From an uncultured delta proteobacterium (GTDB taxonomy: Bacteria; Desulfobacterota; Binatia; UBA9968), in contig CAWDHA010000011.1 of the NCBI GenBank assembly GCA_963801935.1, positions 25,923 to 89,922 on the forward strand: a stretch of DNA of 64,000 nucleotides, written 5' to 3'. This document shows, piece by piece, positions 48,314 through 58,287 of this stretch; the stretch's first letter is position 1; each line of letters begins with the position of its first letter. A program made the position numbers and the translations under genes. A model generated the notes under the pieces. It was not told the origin of the DNA and did no database searches. It saw only the letters and a program-made list of their open reading frames with translations.

Positions 48314-50610
48314 ATGGAATACAGCCCGAGCCATTCCCGAATCAATCGCATCGCTTTCATCGGCAACTACCTGCCGCGCCAATGCGGCATCGCCACGTTC
48401 ACCACCGACTTGTGCGAAGCCATCGCCGCCGAGCACCGCGACACGACCTGCATCGCCGTGCCGGTCAACGATATCGAAGACGGCTACGCCTATCCCCAGC
48501 GTGTGCGCTTCGAGCTGACCGAGAAAGATCATCGAGTCCTATCGGCGCGCCGCCGATTTCTTGAATATCAACAGCGTCGATCTCGTGTGCCTGCAGTTCG
48601 AATACGGCATCTTCGGCGGCCGGGCGGGCAGCCATATCCTGGCGCTGCTGCGCGATCTGCGCATGCCCATCGTCACGACCCTGCACACGATTCTGCGCGA
48701 ACCCGACGCGCATCAGCGCCGGGTTTTGGAAGAAGTCGCCGGCGTTGTCGGATCGCCTGGTGGTCATGAGCAAGCGCGGCGCGGAATTTCTCGAGGAGAT
48801 TTATCACGTAGCGCCGGACGAAGATCGATCTGATTCCGCACGGCATTCCCGACATGCCTTTCGTCGATCCGAGTTTTCACAAAGACCTGTTCGGCGTCGA
48901 AGGCAAAATCGTCTTGCTCAGCTTCGGCTTGCTGTCGGCGAACAAGGGACATCGAGAATGTCATTGCCGCTCTGCCTGCGATCTTGGCCAAACATCCGAA
49001 CGTGGTGTACTTCATCGTCGGCGCGACTCATCCGCATGTCCTGCGGCACGACGGCGAAACCTATCGCTTGTCACTGCAGTGGCTGGCCCAAGAGAAAGGC
49101 GTCGAAGGTCAAGTGATCTTCTACAACCGATTTGTCAGTTTGGAAGAACTCGTTGAGTTCATCGGCGCCGCGGATATTTACATCACGCCTTATCTCAACC
49201 CGGCGCAGATCGTCTCGGGCACGCTGGCCTATACCGTGGGCGCCGGCAAGGCGGTTATTTCGACCCCCTATTGGTATGCCGAAGAGATGCTGGCCGACGA
49301 ACGCGGCGCGCTGGTGCCGTTTCGCGATCCGGCGGCGTTGGCCGAGCAAGTGATCGACTTGTTGGACAACGAGGCCAAGCGCCACGGCATGCGCAAGCGC
49401 GCCTATCTGTACGGCCGCGAGATGATCTGGCCGCAGGTCGCGCGTCGCTACATGGAGAGTTTTCAACGCGCCCGCGCCGAACGGCGCCACTTCACTCCTC
49501 CCGGTTTCGTGGTCAAAGCGCTCGATAAACGTCCGGCCGAATTGCCGCCGCTCGAAACTCGATCACTTACGCCGCATGACCGACGATACCGGCATGTTTC
49601 AGCACGCGATTTTCACCGTGCCCAACTATCACGAGGGTTACACCATCGACGACAATGCCCGCGCGCTGATCGTGAGCACGCTGTTGGAAGAACTGGGCAA
49701 TGAAGAGACCGCCGATCTAATCTCACGCTATTTCGCTTTCGTCTGGTATGCCTTCAATGCGAAGACCGGACGCTTTCGCAATTTCATGAACTACCAGCGC
49801 AACTGGCTGGAAGAGAGCGGCTCCGACGACAGCCACGGCCGCACCTTGTGGGCGCTGGGCACGGTGTTGGGCCGCTCCAACACGCCGGCGCTGCAGAGTA
49901 TGGCCGGCTGGGTATTCGAGAAAGCGTTGCCGGCGATTCTCGAGACGACCAGCCCACGGGCCTGGGCGTTCGCGCTGATCGGCATCGACGAGTATCTGCA
50001 GCGTTTTGCCGGTGACCGAAGAGTCACTCAGGCGCGCGAGGAATTGGCCGGGCGGCTGCTCGAGTTGTATCGCAAAAATCGAACCGATGAGTGGCACTGG
50101 TATGAAGAGTCGCTGACCTACTGCAACGCCGCGCTGCCGCACGCCTTGCTGATGTGCGGTCACGGCGATGCCCAACAACGACATGACCGAAGCCGGCCTG
50201 GAGTCGCTCCAATGGCTGGCCGATCTGCAGCGCGCTGACGACCAGCGGCGGTCATTTCGTGCCCATCGGCTCCAACGGTTTTTATCAGCGCGGCGGCGAG
50301 CGTGCGCGCTTCGATCAGCAGCCGGTGGAGGCTCAAGCCATGGTGTCGGCTTGCCTCGAAGCACATCGGATCACGGGAGATCAAGAGCTGGCACAAAGAA
50401 GCGCGGCGCGCCTTCGACTGGTTCCTCGGCCGCAACGATCTGAACCTGCCGATCTACGATCCGACGACCGGCGGTTGTCGCGACGGCTTGCATCCCGACC
50501 GCCCGAACGAAAATCAGGGCGCGGAGTCTTCCCTCGCCTTTCTCCAGGCGGTGCTCGAACTGCGTTTGGCTGAGACAACATTGGCATCCGTGGAAACAGG
50601 AGCTCGATGA
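48314..50610 (+). pseudogene. GT4 glycosyltransferase fused to an (alpha/alpha)6-type glycoside-hydrolase-like domain, fragmented over >=7 frames
   Basis: Pieces: 48314..48769 (IAFIGNYLPRQCGIATFT), 48561..48833, 48745..49116, 48984..49703 (GT-B C-terminal half ...FIGAADIYITPYLNPAQIVSGTLAYTVGAGKAVISTPYWYAEE...), 49576..50238, 50259..50573, 50302..50610. Read together they give one ~760-aa protein. Confidence 0.5.
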
Positions 50611-51600
50611 CCAACCAACATCACCGAACTTTTTCGCCGTCATAAAACCAATCCGATCTTGAGCGCGGCCGATTGGCCCTATCCGATCAATAGCGTTTTC
50701 AACCCCGGCGCCACGTTGCTTGCCGGATGGCACGACTCTGCTCTTGTGCCGCGTCGAGGATCGCCGCGGCCATTCTCACCTGACTGTCGCTCGTTCCGAC
50801 CAACGGCGTGGATAATTGGCAGATCGAATCTCGGCCAACGTTGCCGGCCGACCCGGAACATTTCCCGGAAGAATTATGGGGCATCGAAGATCCGCGCATT
50901 ACCTACGTCCCGGAATTGAGCAAGTATGCCGTCGTCTATACCGCTTTCACGCGCGACGGCCCGGGCGTGTCTCTGGCGCTCACTGAAGATTTTCACAACT
51001 TCGAGCGCTATGGCGTCATCATGCCGCCGGAAGATAAGGATGCGGCTTTGCTTCCCCGTCGTATTCAACGGGCAGTGGGCTTTGATCCATCGGCCCGTCA
51101 GCGCTCCGCGCGCGCACATGTGGATGTCTTACTCTCCGGACCTGCGCCACTGGGGCAATCACAAGCTGATGCTGGAAGCACGCCGCGGCGCATGGTGGGA
51201 TGCCAATAAAATCGGTCTCTCGCCGCCGCCCATCGAAACCCCGCAGGGGTGGCTGGTGATTTACCATGGCGTGCGCCATACCGCCGCGGGCTCGATTTAC
51301 CGATTGGGACTTGCTCTGTTTGATTTGCACGCGCCGGAGCATTGCTTGAAGCGCGGCGACGAGTGGATTTTCGGCCCGCAAGAAACCTACGAGCAGCGCG
51401 GCGACGTCGACAACGTGGTTTTTCCTTGCGGCTACACGATTGCGCCGGACGGCGACACCATTCACCTGTATTACGGCGCGGCGGATACGAGCATCGGCCT
51501 GGCGACAGGAAGCGTGCGCGCCATGCTCGAGTGGCTTGAGCCTGCATGGCAGGGAACCGGCAAGAAGTATCAACAATTAAGGAGGGTTTATGGCAGCTGA
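50607..51600 (+). pseudogene. GH130-family glycoside phosphorylase/hydrolase (DUF377 beta-propeller), 2-3 frameshifts
   Basis: ATGA overlap with the upstream gene. AGGAG RBS. WGIEDPRITYV (GH130 catalytic-Asp motif) and ...WLVIYHGV.... A shift at a GG run is near 50730. Confidence 0.55.
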
Positions 51601-51769
51601 GACATTTAAAAAACGCCAAAAAGAAGTCGCGCGGCGCGAAAAGCAACAGAAGAAATTTGCGCGCCGTTCGGAACGAAAGAACGAGAAGGCAAGGACAGAG
51701 AATAAACCTGAGGGGACCGATCCACAAACAGACGAGCTCGCTCTTCAACACGGCCCAACGATTCTTTAG
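51590..51769 (+). CDS. small (59 aa) highly basic protein, translationally coupled to the GH130 gene
   Basis: Strong SD AAGGAGGG 8 nt upstream. ATG overlaps the GH130 stop. MAAETFKKRQKEVARREKQQKKFARRSERKNEKARTENKPEG... The ORF-track alternative 51546..51908 is low-complexity and lacks an SD. Confidence 0.4.
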   Translation: MAAETFKKRQKEVARREKQQKKFARRSERKNEKARTENKPEGTDPQTDELALQHGPTIL

Positions 51770-51940
51770 TCCCGCAGGCCGGGGTACGGCCCCCTCGGAC
51801 CACTCACAATGGCTGCGGACTCATGGCATTTTTCAAGAGGCCGCGTTCTGGCTCCGGCAAAAACGAACTCCACGGGACGATAAAAATCGTCAAAATCGCT
51901 GGCAGTGAATGGCAATTGTGAATCGACAAAGGAGAATCGC

Positions 51941-52504
51941 ATGATACTGAACGCGGGGAAAAAGGTCGTCTATCCGAATCAAGGTCCCTGTCGCATCGGC
52001 GCCATAATCACAAAAGATATCGCCGGTCGGCCGGCCGCTTTTTATCCCTTAGCAGTCTTGGACGAGAGCGGTAACGTGTTATTTGTCCCCGTGGACAAGA
52101 CCGACAACCTGGGAATCCGCCAGCTAGTGAAAAAATCGCAAATTCCCAAGCTATTACGCCTGCTCAGCCAGGAAGTCGAAATTGCCAATTCACCAAACAC
52201 CCGTATGAATTGGAAGCAGCGTGCTATCGATAACACCAAGCTGTTGGCTTCAGGGTCGGCATTTGATCTCGCGACCATCGTCGGCTCGTTGAGCGAGTTA
52301 AACGAGATTAAGGCGCTGTCGCCGCGCGACCGCGAGGTCTTGGACAAGGCAAGAAAGATCTTGATCTGTGAGATTTCCGAGGTACTGGGGCAGAGCAAAA
52401 TTGCCGCTGAGAAAAAGATAGACGATTCTCTAAAAACTGGCAAAACGACCACGACGAGTTCAGCGAGCGCCGGCAGCAATTTCTCGCGCATCAGCGACGC
52501 CTGA
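51941..52504 (+). CDS. cdnL: CarD/CdnL-family RNA-polymerase-binding transcription factor
   Basis: RBS GGAG. N-terminal Tudor-like RID GKKVVYPNQGPCRIGAII...LFVPVDKTDNLGIRQL. C-terminal helical domain ...NWKQRAIDNTKLLASGSAFDLATIVGSL...REVLDKARKILICEI. Confidence 0.7.
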   Translation: MILNAGKKVVYPNQGPCRIGAIITKDIAGRPAAFYPLAVLDESGNVLFVPVDKTDNLGIRQLVKKSQIPKLLRLLSQEVEIANSPNTRMNWKQRAIDNTKLLASGSAFDLATIVGSLSELNEIKALSPRDREVLDKARKILICEISEVLGQSKIAAEKKIDDSLKTGKTTTTSSASAGSNFSRISDA

Positions 52505-52714
52505 AGAATTGCCTATGACATTCGCGCGCGTTGCGCACTGATTCGTTGGCTCGGCGATGGGTCCCCTGACAACCGCTTCAACCGATGAGGCCGGCGATTG
52601 TGCCCTGCGCAGGGCCATGGAATGGATCGATCAAAATTGAAAGATCCACGTCAAGGCAACCTTGATCGCTGCTCATGCGCTTGCCGGAACAGCGCATGCG
52701 ACCGCACTCGATAA

Positions 52715-52837
52715 TTATTTCAGGCCAAACGAAAACACTTTGCCCTCTTTCTTGGCTTTTTTCGCGGCCCTTTTTTCCATCAAGTTTTTCAGTGGCTTTT
52801 TTTTGGTTTGTTTTTTACTGTCCTGACCTTTACTCAT
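52715..52837 (-). CDS. possible 40-aa lysine-rich micro-protein
   Basis: MSKGQDSKKQTKKKPLKNLMEKRAAKKAKKEGKVFSFGLK. Weak SD AAGGA. Below the ORF-track cutoff. Confidence 0.2.
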   Translation of the reverse strand: MSKGQDSKKQTKKKPLKNLMEKRAAKKAKKEGKVFSFGLK

Positions 52838-52945
52838 GTTAGCTTTCCTTTTGGTTCTCGGTTGATCTTTGTCCTGTCGAGACACCCGGCAACTTGCCGG
52901 AGCTTCGCCGCGTCAGGCACTGAAACTGCTGCCGGTGCGCAATTA

Positions 52946-53293
52946 TTACGCTTTGTCAGTCAGCTGCTTGGCGCACGCATCGGCAACTCTACTATCGGGT
53001 TTATCTTCACCCGGCATGATCGCCCAACGCTGCGTTTCAATATAACGGCCTTTGTCCCAGGAATCTTTTTGCTTCATCTCGCTGAGCTTCTGACCCTTCT
53101 GGGAATCCGAGTTAAACTGCGCGACACAAATCGATCCCAACCGGGTGGTGACCGCATCTGCGGCGCTTTCCTTAGCCATTGCCGCTGCGGCGCCGCCGGT
53201 AACCCAACCGCCCCAGTTGAATCCGACTACAGCCAGCAGAATTGCGCCGCCGGCAGCACTCCACGAACCCAGCTTGATTTTTTCCATATCCAT
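52946..53293 (-). CDS. hypothetical small membrane-anchored protein
   Basis: GGAGG RBS. N-terminal TM helix GGAILLAVVGFNWGGWVTGGAAAA followed by a hydrophilic domain. Confidence 0.45.
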   Translation of the reverse strand: MDMEKIKLGSWSAAGGAILLAVVGFNWGGWVTGGAAAAMAKESAADAVTTRLGSICVAQFNSDSQKGQKLSEMKQKDSWDKGRYIETQRWAIMPGEDKPDSRVADACAKQLTDKA

Positions 53294-53535
53294 AAAACGC
53301 CTCCATTGAACACGTTTTTTGCAACCGCGACAATATTACCTGTGCAGGTTCGATGTCATGCTGCGCTGAAGTAACCCCGATTGCTGTCTAAAATTGAACA
53401 GTCTTGAGACTATTATTGTCTGCTCATCAAGTGGCGTGATAGTTCTGTATCAAATAGTGCAATACTAGACAGCGCAGCTATCTAGATAGCCTGCTAATAA
53501 TCATTAAAAAGTGAGTAGACACGGAGGAGGGAGCG

Positions 53536-55225
53536 GTGCTTCTCAATTACACCCCGGTTTCGTTGGCCTTTGGCACCAGCGGTTTGCGCGGCTTGGTCAA
53601 AGATATCACTGACCTTGAAGCATATATCAATGTCAAAGCGGCTCTCTGTTATTTCCTGCGGAGCGGCGCCATGGGCGGGCGCGGCGGCGTTATCATCGCC
53701 GGCGACCTGCGGCCAAGCACCGATCGCATCATGCGCGCCTGCGCCCAGGCGATCGGCGACTCGGCATTACAGGTCGAAAACGCCGGCAAAATCCCCACCC
53801 CGGCGTTGATTGCTCACGCCATGTCTAGCGGGCGCGCCGGCGTGATGGTCAGCGGCAGCCATATTCCCTTTGATCGCAACGGTATCAAGCTCAACAAGAG
53901 CGCCGGCGAAGTCCTGAAAGAGGAGGAACCGGGCATCATGCGCGAGGTCGAGCGAGTACGCGCCGAGGAGTACGGCAAGAATGAAGCTGACTCGCTGTTC
54001 GATCTCTGCGGCATGCTCAAGCGTCCACCGGAACTGCCGCCGCTTAATCGCGGCGCTGAAAAATCATACATCGAGCGCTATTTGACGAGCTTCAGCCGGG
54101 GCGGCCTCTCGGGCGTGCGTGTTCTTGTCTATCAACACTCGGCCGTCGGCCGGGACATCTTATCGGATATTCTACGCGAGCTTGGCGCCGATGTGGTCAG
54201 CGCCGGGCGCAGTGAGACGTTCGTTCCGATCGATACTGAGAACATTACCGACGAGCAGCTGGATCGACTTGAAGAATTAGCCGTCGACGCCGAAGCCGGC
54301 GGCCGGCCGCTGGACGCAATCGTGTCCACCGACGGTGACTCCGATCGGCCCCTGGTAACGGCACTGCTGCGTGCCGCCGAGGTCCAGCCGGGCATGCGGC
54401 GCGTGCGCTTTTTACCCGGCGACCTGCTCGGCATCGCCGTCGCCGAATATCTGCGCGCCGACGGCGCCGCGGTTCCAATCAGTGCCAACGATGCCGTCGA
54501 GCGACGCCTGCGCCAGCGTGGCATTTATCTCGATAAGACTAAAATCGGCTCGCCTTACGTTGTCGCCGCTCTGGAGGAGCTGCGCCGTGCCGGGACGCAC
54601 GCACGCATCGTCGGCTGGGAAGCCAACGGTGGGTTCTTGACCGGCAGCGATATCGCTCTCTCTGCGGGGCCTTTGCGCGCGCTACCGACGCGCGACGCTA
54701 CGTTGCCGATCCTGGCGAACTTGTTCGCTGCGGCCGAGCAGCGCAGCGGATTGGCGGCATTGTGGGACCGACTGCCGGCTCGCTATGGTCGCGCCGGCTT
54801 GCTCGATAACGTGCCGGTCGGCGTAAGTCAGGCCATCCTCTCTCATCTGATTCCAGCCGGCGAGACAACCGAGGTTGCGTTCGACGCCACAACCGGAGGC
54901 GTGTTCGACCCGAACCGGGCGGCCACGATGCCTACCTTGCTCGCCGAACCGGCGGCCAGAGAATGGCAGCGCTTGAGAGCGAGCTTAAGCGATTTCTTTA
55001 GCGCCGCGCTCGGATTCGATGGCGATCGCGCGAATCAATGTACTCGACGGCGTGCGCGTCTATTTTCACAACGGCGACGTCGCCCATGTCCGGCCGTCGG
55101 GGAACGCGCCGCAACTGCGCATCTACGCCAACAGCGATTCCCAAGCGCGCGCCGATCGCATCGTCGAGTTTGCGCTCCGCGAACCCGACGGCATTCTGCG
55201 TCAACTGGAGCGCGCTTTCACCTAG
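53536..55225 (+). CDS. alpha-D-phosphohexomutase (phosphomannomutase/phosphoglucomutase), one frameshift near 55020
   Basis: GTG start with GGAGGAGGG RBS. Active-site loop SGSHIPFDRNG. Mg loop STDGDSDRP. C-terminus ...IARINVLDGVRVYFHNGDVAHVRPSGNAPQLRIY... is recovered in a +1 frame. Stop TAG is provided by the adjacent MITE copy. Confidence 0.75.
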
Positions 55226-55387
55226 CAGCCCGTGGTGAAAGTCTGACTGCATTCGACTTGTGATCGATCCCCGTTGGCTGCGTTGCTCCTCCGCTCAAAT
55301 ATTCTCCGATATTCTCGGTCGTCGCGCCTTGCCATCAGGGCGCCTCGCCCGTCTCGGTGCGACGCCACACTTTCACCACGGCTGCTA
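55223..55387 (+). mobile_element. MITE-like 165-bp element, copy 4 (CTAG...CTAG flanks)
   Basis: Full-length. Its first TAG is the pgm stop codon. Confidence 0.6.
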
Positions 55388-55450
55388 GCTGGCGGCGACG
55401 ACATTTTTCGAGCATCGATATTTTCATTGGCACCGGATAAAGAGCCGTCA

Positions 55451-55990
55451 TCACAAGGATTTCTTTTCGGCCAGTGCGGCAATGGCGTCCAGGAGAGTTA
55501 ACAGGCGCACCGGTTTGACTAGATGAAGGTCAAAACCTGCTTCACGTGTGCGTTCGCGGTCCTCATCCCGGCCCCATCCGGTCAGGGCGACAATGATCAT
55601 CCTTTCTCCCCAGGGCTGTTCGCGCATGCGGCGGCAGGCGTCGTAACCGTTGAGTTTCGGCATGCCAAGATCGAGCAACACCACGTCGGGGAGAAATCTT
55701 TCCGCGGTCAGCACTGCAGCTTCTCCATCGTGCGCTAGCTGAACGGCGCTTCCTTTCAGCCGAAACAACGTTGCCAACATCTCCGCAGCGGCGCGATTAT
55801 CGTCGACCACCAGAACTCTCAATTCTTCGACGATAAGCCGGTGCGCCGAGCCGGTAAATGTTCTCATGGATTGCGCGGCCGGCGGTTGCTCGGGCAGCGG
55901 CAAGCGGATCGTAAACTCACGCCTTTGCCGCCTTCTTCACTTTTTGTTTTGACATTGCCTTTCAATAGATCGTCAACAAGTCGGCCCATA
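55451..55990 (-). pseudogene. remnant of a hybrid sensor histidine kinase (last ~30 aa of HATPase_c + complete REC domain)
   Basis: RLVDDLLKGNVKTKSEEGGKGSEFTIRLPLP matches the HATPase_c C-terminus (...[28 protein letters not shown]) after a 1-nt shift. Then receiver VLVVDDN...VLLDLGMPKLNGYD...VALTGW. No DHp or sensor domain lies upstream. Confidence 0.5.
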
Positions 55991-56386
55991 GGCCGAGTTT
56001 CCTCAACGCAACACCGCGGTCGGTCGGATTGCGGGATTCGACAAACGGCTCGGCAGCAGAGTTATGGCGGCAATCGATCGTAGGTGAGACAACAGCCTCA
56101 CGATCCCTAATCGTTGGCACCAAAAGCACGAACTCTATGCTTCGGCGCCGTTCAAGGAGATCGAGCTAGCTGCGATCGTCCGAAGTTGCTTGAGCGTAGT
56201 CTAACGCGCGCGTATGTTAGCGCAGAATCGAAATGGCAGGATTACACCGGTCGAGATCACAGGTCAAGGACCGATGGCCTCGGACAGGTTATTTCCAGTT
56301 TATTTTTGTGTTCCAAGCTTATGATTGGGAAATCGGCAGAACTGACAGCGACTGATAATTTGCTCTTGTAAAGATAGCGCTGATGA

Positions 56387-58124
56387 TTACACGCGCTCTG
56401 CCTGGCCATCGCTATCGACAACCACTCCATAATCCGCCAGCGCGCTTGCGCGCGACACGACGCCGCGGATCACATCGCGGGCGACGAGTTTCACCGGACG
56501 TCTTTTTGGATCGCCGTAGCCGCCGCCGCCGCCGGTAGACATGCGCACCCGGTCGCCGGCTTGCAACGGGCAACCTTCAGTCTTGTAAATGAGCTGGGGT
56601 TTAGACTTTCCCTGCTTAAAGATCAGCACCTCGCCCGATTTACCGGAGCCGCCGCCCTGCACCCCCCAAGGCGGGCAACCGACGCGATCGAAGTTCGCCC
56701 AGAGCTCGCACGGCGCAAGCAGGGCGTACTGCTTCTCGAATCCCAATCCGCCACGCCACTCTCCAGGCCCGCCGGAATCTCGGCGCAAGCCGAATTCTTC
56801 GATCGCGCAATGGATACATCGATTCTTGCAACTCGATGGGAATCAATCGTGTGTCACCGTGCGCCATCGTGCGAAACGGACCGGCGCCATCATGAGTCGC
56901 GCACGCGCCCCAGCCGCCATGGCCGCTGTCGTTGGCTTTAAACAACGCGCCGGTGTCCATGCGTTTACCGGCAAAGCTCAGCGAGGAAAAAGTTCCGAAA
57001 TGGGCGCCGGTCACACGCTTGGGCAGCGCCGGCTCCAGCGCCTTGATGATGCAGTCGATGACCGTCGGAAAAGGAATGCTATAGAGCCCCATGGGCGCCG
57101 TGGCTTCGGCGCTCAGCAATTTGCCTTGGGGCAGAATCATCTTCAGCGGCCGAAACGTCCCTTCATTGGCCGGCTCGTCAGTGGCAATCAGATATTTAAA
57201 CGCCACCCGCGCCGTGGTGCGGCCGCCGCCGTAAAAACCTGAGTTGATGCAGCCGCGCACCTGCGCCGACATCTCAGAATAGTCGATGGTCATCTCGTCG
57301 CCAATGACGCGGACTTTCACCTTGATGGGGATCTTTTCGTCGCGTATGCCATCGTTGTCGAGAAACGCTTCATATCCATAGACCCCGTCCGCGATGGCGG
57401 CGATCTTCTCGCGCGTGGCGGCTTCGCACTGGTCGAGAATCGCCGCCAGCGCGCCGAGAAATATCTCGCTGCCGTACTTATCCGCCATCGCCTGCGTCAA
57501 ATCGCGGCCGAGCAGCGTGCCGCCCAGCTGCGCCTCAATGTCGCCCATGAGCTCCAGCACAAAACGCGTGTTATTCTCGATGATGCGATACACTTCTTGG
57601 TTCGGCTCTCCTTTGGACCAGAGCTTGATCGAGCGCAGTTGCAAACCTTCCATGAAAATATCCGTGGAGGAATAAGATACCGAACCGATGGCCGAGCCGC
57701 CGATGTCGATCCAGTGGCAGTTGACGGCAAAAAAGCCGATCAAATCAGCGCCGTTAAAGCCGGCGAACACCGGGGTATACATGACGGTGTTATTCAAGTG
57801 TTGGCCCTGCACCGCGGCGTGGTTGCAGACGATGACGTCGCCCTTGTGAATGTTTTTGCGACCGTATACTTCCAAGCCGTCGCGCACCGCCATACCGACC
57901 GAGTCGGCGACGAATACCGGCATGCCGCCGGTGGACTGCGCCAGTAATTCGCCTGCCGCGCCGACAAAGCCGACGGCGTAATCCTTATATTCATAGATGT
58001 AAGGGCTGAACGCCGTGCGCGTCATATTGGCGTCAATTTGATCGCAGATCGAAATGATGCCGTAACGGATGACTTCCAGAGTTATCGGATCGATGGTCGG
58101 TTTCGCTGAGCGGGGCGCAATCAT
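56387..58124 (-). CDS. hydantoinase B / 5-oxoprolinase (HyuB) family protein, one frameshift near 56800
   Basis: ...DPITLEVIRYGIISICDQ..., ...GGWGACATHDG..., ...GGGGGYGDP.... C-terminal 133 aa are in ORF 56387..56788. Confidence 0.7.
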
Positions 58125-58287
58125 TCTGGCAATCCTTCGTTGGGATCAGGCGCGATAGTTTCAAGGAAACAAAATGTTGTCAAGCAAGCTCGTTTGGAGT
58201 AAGTAGTCTCACCAGTGAGCGCCGCTAAGGATAGAAATGAGCTGTAGGGGCGCGATTCATCGCGCTTTCACACTTGGAGTTAGATTT

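Noticed and set aside
51546-51908. 120-aa ORF MAGNRQEVSTIKEGLWQLRHLKN...
   Set aside because: Low-complexity K/R-rich translation without an SD. The overlapping 59-aa frame starting at 51590 has a strong AAGGAGGG SD and is preferred, though itself low confidence.
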